DNA of 64,000 nt, from positions 4,650,001 to 4,714,000 of the forward strand of contig CM022678.1 of the NCBI GenBank assembly GCA_012295275.1, written 5' to 3'. The notes beneath the pieces were generated by a model. It saw nothing but the letters and a program-made list of their open reading frames with translations. It had not been told where the DNA came from and ran no database searches. Numbering within the stretch: the stretch's first letter is position 1; each line of letters begins with the position of its first letter. The position numbers and the translations under genes were made by a program. This document shows positions 1 through 11,222 of the stretch, piece by piece. The DNA comes from Chrysomallon squamiferum. Lineage: Eukaryota; Animalia; Mollusca.

Positions 1-649
1 AAATGAAGTGTGTGCGGTTTTTTTCTTGAGAAAACATTAACAAGTAATTGCTTTCCATCAATTCCATGAAAGCTAATTATCTGTTTTTATTTTTCTAATA
101 GATTCAATCAAAGAATAAATGTTTTATCTTTGACTACACTGCAGTACAAAGAGGAATTTTCACTGATGCATGAAATTTGATGCAGTAAAATAAATGTAGT
201 AGATAACACACAAGTCTTACTGTTATACAATAAATATTTAACTTTAATTCCAATAATCATAATAAAATTGATTTATATGTACTGAATCGTAATTAAAATC
301 TCAAACACTATACATTTTCTATAATCCATGGACTGCAGTTGTTTTACAGTTATAATAAAACAGTTTCGTTTTCTTTTCCTTTTTCTAGCTACATGTGTGA
401 TCACGTGATATCCAGCTTGTTATTGCTGGTTCACAACAATTAAGATTGAAATTATTGAAAAGCATTGTAGTTTGAAATATTCAAAGAAAAACGTTTCAAA
501 TGAATCGTAACATAAGTATTTATAATCTAATTTTCAAAACAAAGTAGAAAACAGAAGACATGCCAGAATCAACACCATAACGAACATTAATTCACACAGA
601 CTTCACATATCTCGCTATATGTCCACGTATTACTGTGTTTTCATCAAAC

Positions 650-845
650 AGTGGGACGAAGTAAGATTGTCTTATTTTTCATAACTGTTCTTTATTTTCG
701 AAACTGCAGTGACTTTTTCAGTAGTCAGAACATTTCTGACCAACCACGGACCTTTGTAAGTTTCAGATCAGTTGTCAGCTGAACTGTCCAAGTCTTTGTT
801 CTTTTGTACGGAAATAACAACCATTGTGCCAGTCAAGACCATCAC
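650..845 (-). pseudogene. Degenerate FReD terminal exon (exon 5) remnant with internal deletion
   Basis: Minus strand after a TTTTTAG acceptor reads GDGLDWHNGCYFRTKEQRLGQ, then frameshifts and a deletion, then ...RTVMK. An inverted twin lies at 42836-43030. Confidence 0.75.
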
Positions 846-1254
846 CTAAAAAACAATTATTGCAATACTTTTTATGCCTCTCATTAATCTAACCTCACTC
901 TCATACAAAAATCAGACTATTCAAATAAAAATTAAACTTTTTAAATAGTTAAAACTTTCCTGACTTTAATAACGAGGTTACTTCGTTTTCCTATTCTGTT
1001 TTGTAACAACAATATCCACAATCACTACAATATCAGCAACACAAAAAACAGAAGCAGAAATAATAATAAGAAGAAGAAGAAAAAGAAGAAGAAGAAAAAG
1101 AACAAAAACAACACCGAGGTCGTGCATCTTTTAGACCTGCACCACATCCAAAACTAGTTTCTAATCTGTTCTTTTTTCCTTCTTCTTCTCCTGTTTTTGT
1201 TAAGAATTCCTTTTCTGTGAACGAAGACATATATTTGTCCACTACTTCGTTTTT

Positions 1255-1329
1255 ATATTTTTGGTACTATCACGTGATGCCGTCAAGCCAATCAGTGTCT
1301 ACTGTGAAATTATTAATGGAGGACGGCTG
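1255..1329 (+). pseudogene. Remnant of the 3' half of FReD exon 2
   Basis: CACGTGATGCCGTCAAGCCAATCAGTGTCTACTGTGAAATTATTAATGGAGGACGGCTG|GTAAGTCAG matches the exon-2 end and donor of intact paralogs; the 5' half is missing. Confidence 0.75.
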
Positions 1330-1511
1330 GTAAGTCAGAAATACCTTGATGTAAACAAACAAAAACACACTCAGAAACACATCTGCAGCTATCTAGGCTC
1401 CCTGATATATGGAGTTCCTATACAGCAACTTAAATTGTGAAACATATCTTTTATGGCAGGCAATCATTTCACCTCGCCATATTGAGAGGCCTGTTTCCAC
1501 TACGTCACAGT

Positions 1512-1597
1512 TTCTTCGACGACAATGTTTGTTTTGCGCATGGTGACGATGTTTTTCAGTCTACTTTTGACGATTGTCCAGGAGTTCGACGTTACAG
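1512..1597 (+). pseudogene. Remnant of the 3' end of PAN exon 1
   Basis: Translates FFDDNVCFAHGDDVFQSTFDDCPGVRRY then GTAAAC donor; compare [25 protein letters not shown]|GT in intact copies. Confidence 0.7.
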
Positions 1598-3035
1598 TAA
1601 ACTGTTATTTTAATGAAGTCATTAGTCTCAGAAAATGTTTACATTAATAGCAGTGATATATCTTTGTGCTAAGTAAAGAATAAAGATGTTTGTTGTCTTA
1701 GATGTTTTATTCTGTCTTTCCCTCTGTCAGACCTTGTTGATCTATTTTTCTGCATATGAAAATAAGAATCGGTGTTAATAATGGACAGAAGATAAGGAAT
1801 TTGTGTGTACTGAATATGATAATGTTTATCGACAATTCTAATCCTAATTATTCTCTGGAGAGAAGTTTTTCAGTAAAAGCAAGAGAAAGCAACATGATTA
1901 AACATGGCGGAAAGTCCAATTATAATAACATATACATCTTCCTCTTTATCGTAAACAAAGCAACACATAACTATTGATTATAATGACTTTAAACTACCAT
2001 TCAGTCATTAAACAAAACCTGTAAAGACTGGGTATTTTTGTCATACTTTAGGACATACAAACAAATATTGTTATTCAAAGTTCAGTTAATTATTCCTTCA
2101 TATTAGATTTGTTTTACTATAACCATCTTCAGACAGCAACAAAATTACCTTTGTACTGGAAAAATAACCAATTATTAAAAATTAATTCGATCATTGCTTC
2201 TATCCTTCGATTAGAAACTTTACATCGATGTCCCGCTTTAACGAGTGCATCTTACCATTGACGTTCGTGAAACAGAACTGTTAAAAAAATATGTATTATT
2301 TTTATGAAGAATTATTTTATTTTTATTCTATTCTATTTTATTCTATTCTATTCTATTCTATTCTATTCTATTCTATTCTATTTATTTATTTATTTATTAT
2401 ACATGGACCCCTGCTCCTCGTGATTTCATTTTCACCTTCGTAGAGTCATGATATACATTTTGCAGTCGCTTGTTGGCTAATTTTATTTTTGAATTTGTAA
2501 TTTTGTAGCTTAATTCTAAGCCTCGCTGGGAGATGTTTGTGTGAACATTTTACTACATTTTCTTAAGAACTAAAAAATTCGTAAGAACTAAATTTATGAC
2601 ATAAAATGAATAAACTCACTCTGACTTGTCCGATAAGCTCATTTTTCTTTCGTATGATAATGTTATGAGACTGCAATTTATTAGACGGTGATCAGGAAAC
2701 ATGTGTTCCTCGCTTTTAAAATCCCCAGTAACACTATTAAAGCTCAGAAGAAATATCACCATGTCACACTCAAAATAACGACAGACTTGGAACAAAACAA
2801 ACGGACAAAGAATTAGAGGGAAAAAGTCTTCAAAGAAAAAAAATATATATACAGCCATGTAAAAATATATCATTTAAAGACCAGGAGCAAATTTCATTTT
2901 ATAGTTTTAGTTTATATTTAACGGTCTCTATGAGATAAGGGCTCATATAGTAGACACAGATCATAGATTTTTTTTCCCAGTGGTTCTTATTTAACTTGGA
3001 CTAGATTGTATTGTCTTTCTTCGTTACTGATTCAG

Positions 3036-3293
3036 GTATTTCAGCGAAGGACTGACGGATCGGAAGATTTCTACCGAACTTGGAATGAATATAAAGACGG
3101 TTTTGGAAATTTGAACAATGAGTTCTGGCTGGGTGCGTTCTATTTTATTTACTTGTTTGACGCACAGAAAGATTACTGAATGCATGTGTGAGTTTTGAAG
3201 ACGAAACATTCTTTTAATATTGATTTTGTGTCATTATGAAGTGAACATTTTATTACAAACATTTATTATTATTGTTACTATTATTCCTATTAC

Positions 3294-3348
<55 letters not shown>

Positions 3349-4389
3349 GTTAGGTGACACCAATATTCACAGAATGACTACTCAAGGACTTTATGAACTG
3401 AGGGTAGATTTAGAAGATTTTGAAGGGAACAAGACCTACGCTTCCTACAAGAATTTCTCCATAGCAGGAGAAGAAAAAATGTCCAGTTGTCAGCAGCCAA
3501 TTACAATGGAACTGCTGGTACTGTGATTTGAAATTACATCATCCTCTAGATATTGTTTACGTTAATAATAACATTTGACGTTAACCTTTTCTTCTATTTA
3601 GTTTTCTTTTGATCATTGTCACTTTCATTTTCTTCATCATTGTCATTATTAGCACTATTGTCATTATTGTTATAATGATCATCATCATTATCATTATCAT
3701 TAATATTATTATTAAAATCATTATTACAAGAATTGTCATCATCATCCTCTACACCACTTTTAAGGATTTCAATATTGCAAATGTAATTATAAAAAAAAAG
3801 AAAAAAAAAAAGAAGATGAAGCTTTCATATTATTCACGTTTAAAGGTCGGAAGTACTGAAAAAAAAAGAATGTTAACCCAAAACTTACTTAGTAGTTAGG
3901 AAAGTAATTATTAAGTATTTTATATTATCTCTATTTATTGATGCAGTCAGATACTCAGTAAACGTGTATTACTTTACTAATTTGTCATGTGTGGATATGA
4001 ATCAGACGGAGACTAATCAAAAGAAATACATCAACTGTTTCCTTTTCTTTTCTTATTTTTCTGTAGCTGATGCTCTGGAGTGGCACAACGGTTGTTATTT
4101 CAGCACAAAAGACAAAGACTTAGACAATTCGCCTTTGGACTGCGCTCAAGGAAGTAACGGCGCGTGGTGGTACAGATCTTGCTTCCGTTCCAATTTAAAT
4201 GGCATGTACAGAAAAGCGAAGTATGAAACAGGGACAATTTCATGGCTCGATCCGAACTACGGTTCGGCGATCACATTAAAAAGAACAGTTATGAAAATAA
4301 GACCGTCTAACTTTGTGCCTTGTTCAAATACGTGGACACAACAGAGAGAGAGATGCGAAGTCTGCGAAATACTGATCAATGTCGTGTAG
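3036..4389 (+). pseudogene. FReD gene, exons 3-5 only, with a -1 frameshift in exon 4
   Basis: Exon 3 3036-3132 ([32 protein letters not shown]). Exon 4 3354-3517 is 164 nt versus 165 in paralogs (A6 run 3474-3479 one A short). Exon 5 4067-4389 (FSTKDKDLD...GAWWY...SNLNG...MKIRP). No intact exons 1-2 upstream. Confidence 0.8.
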
Positions 4390-4443
4390 ATTACGGTTTT
4401 TCTTATCTTTTCTACTTTTTTCTTTTTAATCTTTTTTTGAATT

Positions 4444-4449
4444 AATAAA
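4444..4449 (+). promoter_or_regulatory. Polyadenylation signal AATAAA
   Basis: The context TTAATAAATCTTTATGC is conserved downstream of the stop codon in other copies (e.g. 13112-13117 on the minus strand). Confidence 0.55.
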
Positions 4450-5245
4450 TCTTTATGCAGTAATTTGTTGTTTGTTTTTTTCACTGATTTTTTTGTTCAC
4501 GTTTGTGTAAGAAAATATATTTCAGATATTTCAATCTTATATGCCGTAAACTAAAATTGTCGTAAACTAAAATAATGAAATTGTTTTAATTCCATTATAT
4601 ACGCACCGTTTTATCGTTACCGACTGAATGCTATATACTGATCGTTAAAATAACTTTGAAATGTTAGAATCCAAACATTAACCAAACCTGAACATTTTCA
4701 TCAGTTTTATCACACTTTAATACATGTAAACTAATATTATTATTCAACGTTCAGTTAATTATTCCTGGTAGAACCACGTGATTGCTGTGTTAAACATTAT
4801 ATTTTATTTACTGCCTCAATGTTCAGACACGAATCGACAGCAGTGACAGTAATGCATAGTATCCAATCAAATATTAAACATTTATTCGTTTATTATATCT
4901 GCCTTTCTGTTAGAAAGCTACAAATCGATATCTCTATTACAAAAACTATCGAATCAGTTGCTAGAGCATAAATCCTATGCATAAACAAAAACAACTGAAG
5001 CATTCTGAAGGTTCTGCGTTCATTTTCTATCAAACAACAGTTGATTGGTTTACCTTTAATTCCACGATACACACTGCATGTGTCAACATTTAAGTACAGA
5101 ACAGCTGCAGCTAACTACATTCAGTTTACGACAACAAGTAAATCAGGCGATGTAGTTAATTTGTAAGAAAAGAAAAGATTGTAGTTCAACAATTAGCTTG
5201 CATTTACCGTTATGACGACATGAAGCACGTCAAGCACAACGTGTA

Positions 5246-5343
5246 TGAAGACGACAGCAACGACGTCATGTATGTCTTCTCTGACAATCGCTTCTGCCAT
5301 TATTTTTTTCCTCTGTGTACAGAAATGTCGTCAAAGAAATTAA
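5246..5343 (+). pseudogene. Truncated 5'UTR and signal-peptide remnant of exon 1
   Basis: GAAGACGACAGCAAC...ATG(5272) MSSLTIASAIIFFLCV then early stop; resembles the GAAGACGACAACAAC...[17 protein letters not shown] start of intact genes. Confidence 0.4.
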
Positions 5344-5679
5344 TTCGTTCGTTGTTTATATTCTTCTATCGCAATGTTTACATTGGTGACGGGCTTTAAA
5401 GAAAATACTTTATTATTTATGTTTATGCAATGCAAATGGAAAAACACATACTCTGTTTTAGGAAATAAAAAATACTTCTTACTTAGATTAAGCTGCCTGG
5501 TCATGGTAGAAAAATGAAGATCGAGAAGAGAAAAAAACAAAATGAACGAAAAGAGGAAAGCGAATATGAAAATGGATAAAAACAAATTAAATAAATTAAT
5601 AAATAATATATATTATCAAATATTGTCAAAGTAATAATAATTAAAAAAAAGTATTGTAATTAAAAATACTTGTACTATC

Positions 5680-5827
5680 TGTTCGACTTCAGTATTTTCT
5701 GCCAATTGGAAATTCTTGTCTTCTTCTCCTGATATAGAGATATTCTTAGAATGACGGATGTAATCTTCAAATTCATCTAAAGTCATAAAATCCTGGAGTA
5801 GTCAGACGATGAATGTTAGTGTTACCA

Positions 5828-5866
<39 letters not shown>

Positions 5867-6386
5867 CATTATTAAGATGTTGATAATGATATCATTGTCA
5901 GATAATACCTATGTTTCTAGAATACGTATTTAAAACAAACGAGTAATTATGCTGTCTTGAAAAACTCGTGTTTGCATTCACTAATCTTTGTAGATATCAA
6001 AAACGTAATCATGGTTAAACATATCCAGACAGAACTCATTGTTTAAGTTTCCGAAACCGTCTTTATATTCATTGCAAATTCTGTAGAAACGTTCGATCTG
6101 TCAGTTCTTACACAAAAAACCTGAGTCTGTGATTGAGAAACAATAACTGTAAGACAGACAGTGCTGATAATGGTAGTATAAATGTCATTAGCATGAAGTG
6201 CTTTTTTCAAAGCATCGTAAGATATAATGGTCATTCGTCGAAATCGGTTTCATCGTTGCCAAAAGTTGTACAGGATGAAAATGATGAGTGAAGTAAAAAC
6301 TTGTTGTCTTTGTTGTCTGTAAAGATAAATCAGTGTAATATGGAAAAAGACGTGTGGATGAAATACAAAGTTATATGATTATTTCT

Positions 6387-6454
<68 letters not shown>

Positions 6455-6791
6455 TAAACAAAAAAAGAAGAAGACAGATGCAGTAAAACAAATTGGAGGA
6501 TTTGTATTACATTTACCATGGAATAAGTTATCTCATCACAGCATGACGAACAAACGTTGTCAGTGGTTGAATAGAAGATACTACGACACTCAGAAAGAAG
6601 ATAACACTGTATATCACACTCTGATCGTGCTGAAGTCATCATTTCTTTAATCCTTTGATCTTGGGTTTCACGTTCTGAAATAATCGTGATTCACGAAGGA
6701 AAGTTTCTACTGAACCAGAAGCTGGACAGACATCTTATGTAGTCGTGGTCTGAAACAGGATGAAAATTGTGACTGTTACGTTCGAGAACAT
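5680..6791 (-). pseudogene. Decayed PAN-FReD pseudogene
   Basis: Exon 1 6517-6791 has an in-frame TAA (6735-6737) followed by a CDIQC...[16 protein letters not shown] motif. Degenerate exon 3 at ~6020-6122 and deleted exon 4 at ~5680-5826. Exons 2 and 5 not found. Confidence 0.8.
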
Positions 6792-7126
6792 GATCAAACG
6801 TCTTCTACTTTCGAGATCTTCTCAGTCGTCATTTCACATGAGTGGTGGAGAGTTCTGTACATTTTCCTTCAAATGAATTTTTTTTTACTGATGTTTGAAG
6901 ATTATCCACGAATGCTAAGTAACAGTAAATTTGTTTATTAGTTAATGTGATAACTGGAAAAATCTTTCATTTCAGTAACTCTGATAAATTTGGGATCAGA
7001 GACAAAAATAAGTAAAGTAAGGGCCGTGATGGTATGAGTGGACGTAGTGGTTGTCGAAACCATTTCTTGTTAACTTACGTCTTAGAACTCGGTGCATTAC
7101 TTATTTTAAAAGTGTGTATATGTACT

Positions 7127-7179
<53 letters not shown>

Positions 7180-7833
7180 TCACTCAAAATACTAAAATAA
7201 ATAAAAATAGCACATTACACAAAATTTCGAAAACTGTCTTAAAGATTTTTCGAAAATCTGTTTCATGCTGTAAATGCTTCGAATCATCAGAATGGATGAA
7301 GATGTTTGTAGCCACGCAAATTCGTTCTTAATAAAGGAACAAAGAGAACATCGAAAGTTTGGTGAAAAAAAAAAAAAAATAAATAACAAAATAAATGAAG
7401 AAAAATATTAGTAGTGATGTTTTCTAAAGTTTTTCAATATCATTCCTCTATTTAGCATTGTCGAGAACTAGAATACATAGCAATATTACTTTATTTTTCA
7501 TATTTCATTAGAATATATGTCTTTGAAGAAATGTGTTTGTGTGTGTGTCTGTGAGTGTGTGTATATATATATTTAAAACAAATTCTAGTTGTTCTTCTTA
7601 CTCCAATTTTCCCCTTCGATACAAAGATGTAACTTTATTTCAGACTGCTCGTTCTGTATAGGTTTAGTGATCAGTTAATCAATCATCTGCCGATGCGCCA
7701 AATTTTAGAAGTTATTTAATTTTATTTTTCAGATTGTTCTTCCAAAATTCAATAAACCTAAGAGAACTAAATTTACAGTGACAAATCATGACTTGATTAG
7801 AAGCTTATCTATTTCTATTTAAATTAAAATTAA

Positions 7834-7835
<2 letters not shown>

Positions 7836-7907
<72 letters not shown>

Positions 7908-7927
7908 TAATAATAATAATAATAATA
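7836..7927. repeat. (TAA)n microsatellite, representative of many in the window
   Basis: Seen directly. Similar TAA/TAC/GAA/TACA runs occur in nearly every intron. Confidence 0.95.
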
Positions 7928-8952
7928 CTTAGTTACTGTTGACATGTAAGATTAATTTATTTCACAATTTCGATAACAGAATAAACTTGAAATAACTCGT
8001 GCATGAAAGGAAACTTTGATACACGCAAGTAAACGGTATCTTAATAAGAATAACCGTCTGCTAGAGAACATCAATGGTCTAATATAGAATTGGCAAAAAC
8101 TTATAAATCAATGTACTTTCAACACAGTTTATTTCCTTATCTGTACTCAATGTTCTGTTGGACAGAATTATCACAAGTTTATTCTGTTATCTTAATTTCG
8201 CTGTATCACATTGTGAAATAAATTAGTTTTCCATATGTCACAAGTTAATTGTGTGAGTGGTTGTGCGGGTTTTTTATAATTAAATTAACAGTAGATAAAT
8301 CTCTGTATCTACCATTCTGATCGATCTATGTAGATCAGATGTTCGTAAAGTACATAATGAAACCAGTTCAGTCAAACATCATAAAAGTGCAGGATTCAGG
8401 TGTAAGCTAAAAAAAAAATTAAATAAAAAGTGTGAAAGTCTACACTGCGACCCCGGCCCACCCCACCCCAAAACAAAAAAGACAAAATAAAATAAAATAA
8501 AATAAATAATCTGTAGGTTTGCATGAAACTTTTAATTAAAATAAAACGAGGTTACGAATATTACAATTAAGATAATCTACGTGTATCATTTAATTTTTGA
8601 GACGAAAATTAAACATTTTTAGTAATCCATGTTTGTTTGTTTTTTCTTAATTAGAATTTGTTTTGTACATCTTTTCGAGGACTGAACTTCTAGATCAGTT
8701 TAAACGAATACATTTTCGAACGTGTTTGACTTTCAACATTGCAAGGAAAGGTTATCTCTAAGTTTATCGTTTACCAATTTGACTATATGTTCAAGTTCTG
8801 TTAAGTTGTGGATAGAAAAAAGAAAAAAAGAAATAATGAAAGAAAATGCAGTCCATGTTTTTAACTGCATTAAGCTGTACTGACAGTCAGTGGAGAAAGT
8901 CGTACAAAGAAAATGCCTCCATGTTTTCACAAACACAAATATGAACACGTTA

Positions 8953-9024
<72 letters not shown>
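8953..9024. repeat. (CA)n(TA)n microsatellite
   Basis: Seen directly. Confidence 0.95.
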
Positions 9025-9251
9025 TAACAAAAAAAAAAAAAGAGGGTGGACAAAACAATAAAAACAAAAGATAAAATGAGAAGTAAAAATAAATGTGAAT
9101 CTGATTAAATCCGTATTCTAACCAACCCCTCTATTCATCTTTGGGTCTTCCCTCGCTTTCATACCTACTGCCCTTAGATAAAACAAAAACCAACCCAAAC
9201 TAATAAATCAATGAAATTTTAAAATAAATGTTGTTGTAACAAGCTGAGATT

Positions 9252-9360
9252 TGACGTCAAATGACGTGCCAGATTGACAACTATTGCTATACATTTCACA
9301 CTCAGACCAAAGTTATCCACATTTCTAAGAAGACAGACAGAAACAATGATCAGCTCTAAG
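9252..9360 (+). promoter_or_regulatory. Candidate promoter (CRE plus half-CRE) and non-coding first exon of the 9840 gene
   Basis: TGACGTCA at 9252-9259, TGACGT at 9262-9267, a TATACA ~25 nt further on, and a strong donor AAG|GTAGGT at 9360/9361. An acceptor TTTATTTCTAG at 9828 precedes ATG 9840. Confidence 0.45.
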
Positions 9361-9839
9361 GTAGGTATCTATGATATTTACATTATGCCAATACAAATCT
9401 ACATTATATACATAGAAATAGTTATTATATATATAGAAATAGATATATACATATATATATATATGACTATATAGGTTTCTACATTTTCGTTGAGACCAAA
9501 GATATAGTTATACTTCGAAATGTTTTTGTTTTTTTCCCTGATGTCTGATTTTAAAAAGTGAAGGATTTTTTTTTTTTTTTTTTTTAGGGGGTTTGTATTT
9601 TCTTTTATTAGACACCCAGTACTCAATGTTTTTTATTTTTATTTATTTATTTATTTTTTTTTTTCTCTTGATGGGGTGTGAAATATTCATTCATTTGTTC
9701 AGATATAGCGGATATTATAAATCAAATGAACGTCGTTAAATAAAACAATATTTGTTCTGCCTCTACCAATTAAGATATATAAAATATATTAAAAAGTATC
9801 TTATTTACTGTCAACATTTTATTTCTAGTTACGTGGAAA

Positions 9840-10630
9840 ATGAAGATGTTGTCTAGTTCGACATTGCTACAGTATGCTGGATTTCTTTTCACCCTTTTAA
9901 CTACGACAACAGCTATATGTGGTAATTACTTCTTTTCTACAATAAATAAATTAATAAATAGTAAATAAAACAAAGTAAAATAAAATAAAATAGTATATTT
10001 ATAATAATAAAATGAACTAATAATAATAATAATAATAATAACAACAGCAACAACAACAACAACAACAACAACAGCAAAACGATGACGAAGAAGACGACAT
10101 CATTCTTCTCTCTATTAAAAATATATATTACAGGCATTCTGATTTCACGTTCCAGACTCTTGCTGGAGACACGTCTTTACGAATGACGAAAATGGCGTTA
10201 GACAAAACGGTTCTCTTTCTGAACTGGTATCTGCCGTTCAAAGTGGGCACCGAGTGAAGGTAGTCACTGGAAAATACTCTTCAGAGGCAGACACCGCAGA
10301 GATTAGACCGGGGCTGGTTTCAGTTCAATTTTTCAATCAAACAGGCGGACACGAATCAACCGTTCTTCTTCTGGCAGAAAGCGGACACGACTGGATCGGT
10401 GACGACTCGAATATCCAAGTCCTCTCAAGAAACCTCTCTTAGCAAAACAGAAAAGAAAACAATGAGATGGTTCGTTGACACTAGGCCGTGGACAAAAGTT
10501 TTATCCACCAACGAAAACGGCGAAGTAACTTTTGGATCGAAACGTGATCTGAGAAGCGCTGTTGAAAAAGGCGCGGACGTACGCGTAGCCGTGCAGTTTG
10601 AATACAAGAGAAGGCGGGCGCCGAGTAAAA
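9840..10630 (+). CDS. Secreted protein with an internal ~115-aa repeat, family not identified; apparent frameshift; 3' end lost in minisatellite and gap
   Basis: Exon 9840-9921 encodes signal peptide MKMLSSSTLLQYAGFLFTLLTTTTAIC, then G|GTAATT. The exon from 10156 (CCAG acceptor, phase 1) gives DSCWRHVFTNDENGVRQNGSLSELVSAVQSGHRVKV; after a +1 shift near 10330-10360 it gives ...MRWFVDTRPWTKVLSTNENGEVTFGSKRDLRSAVEKGADVRV, a second copy of the same motif. Confidence 0.65.
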
Positions 10631-11022
10631 GACACCATGGATCAGGTCACAGACAAGGCGGGTTGTGGCCCCATCGACACCATGGATCAGGTCACAGACA
10701 AGGCGGTTTGTGGCCGCATCGACACCATGGATCAGGTCACAGACAAGGCGGTTTGTGGCCGCATCGACACCATGGATCAGATCACAGACATGGTAGATGG
10801 CGGTGGGAAAAGCAGATAAGAACTGTCGTACGTCATGGCGGGTTGTGGCCGCATCGACACCATGGATCAGATCACAGACAAGGCGGGATGTGGCCGCATA
10901 TACACCATGGATCAGATCACAGACAAAGGAGGTTTCTGGCCGCATCAACACCATGGATCAGATCACGAACATGGTAGATGGCGGCCGGAAAACAGATAAG
11001 AACTAATCACGTCATGGCGGGT
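10631..11022. repeat. GC-rich 45-bp minisatellite with a higher-order unit
   Basis: Unit GACACCATGGATCAGGTCACAGACAAGGCGGKTTGTGGCCSCATC at 10631, 10676, 10721 and further copies. It is interrupted twice by an ATGGTAGATGGCGG...CAGATAAGAACT...CGTCATGGCGGGT variant and runs into the gap. Confidence 0.92.
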
Positions 11023-11222
11023 NNNNNNNNNNNNNNNNNNNNNNNNNNNNNNNNNNNNNNNNNNNNNNNNNNNNNNNNNNNNNNNNNNNNNNNNNNNNNN
11101 NNNNNNNNNNNNNNNNNNNNNNNNNNNNNNNNNNNNNNNNNNNNNNNNNNNNNNNNNNNNNNNNNNNNNNNNNNNNNNNNNNNNNNNNNNNNNNNNNNNN
11201 NNNNNNNNNNNNNNNNNNNNNN
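11023..11222. other. Assembly gap (200 N)
   Basis: Run of N. Confidence 1.

Noticed and set aside
10631-11022. CRISPR-like appearance of regularly spaced repeats
   Set aside because: Units are contiguous with no unique spacers, there are no cas genes, and the context is eukaryotic.
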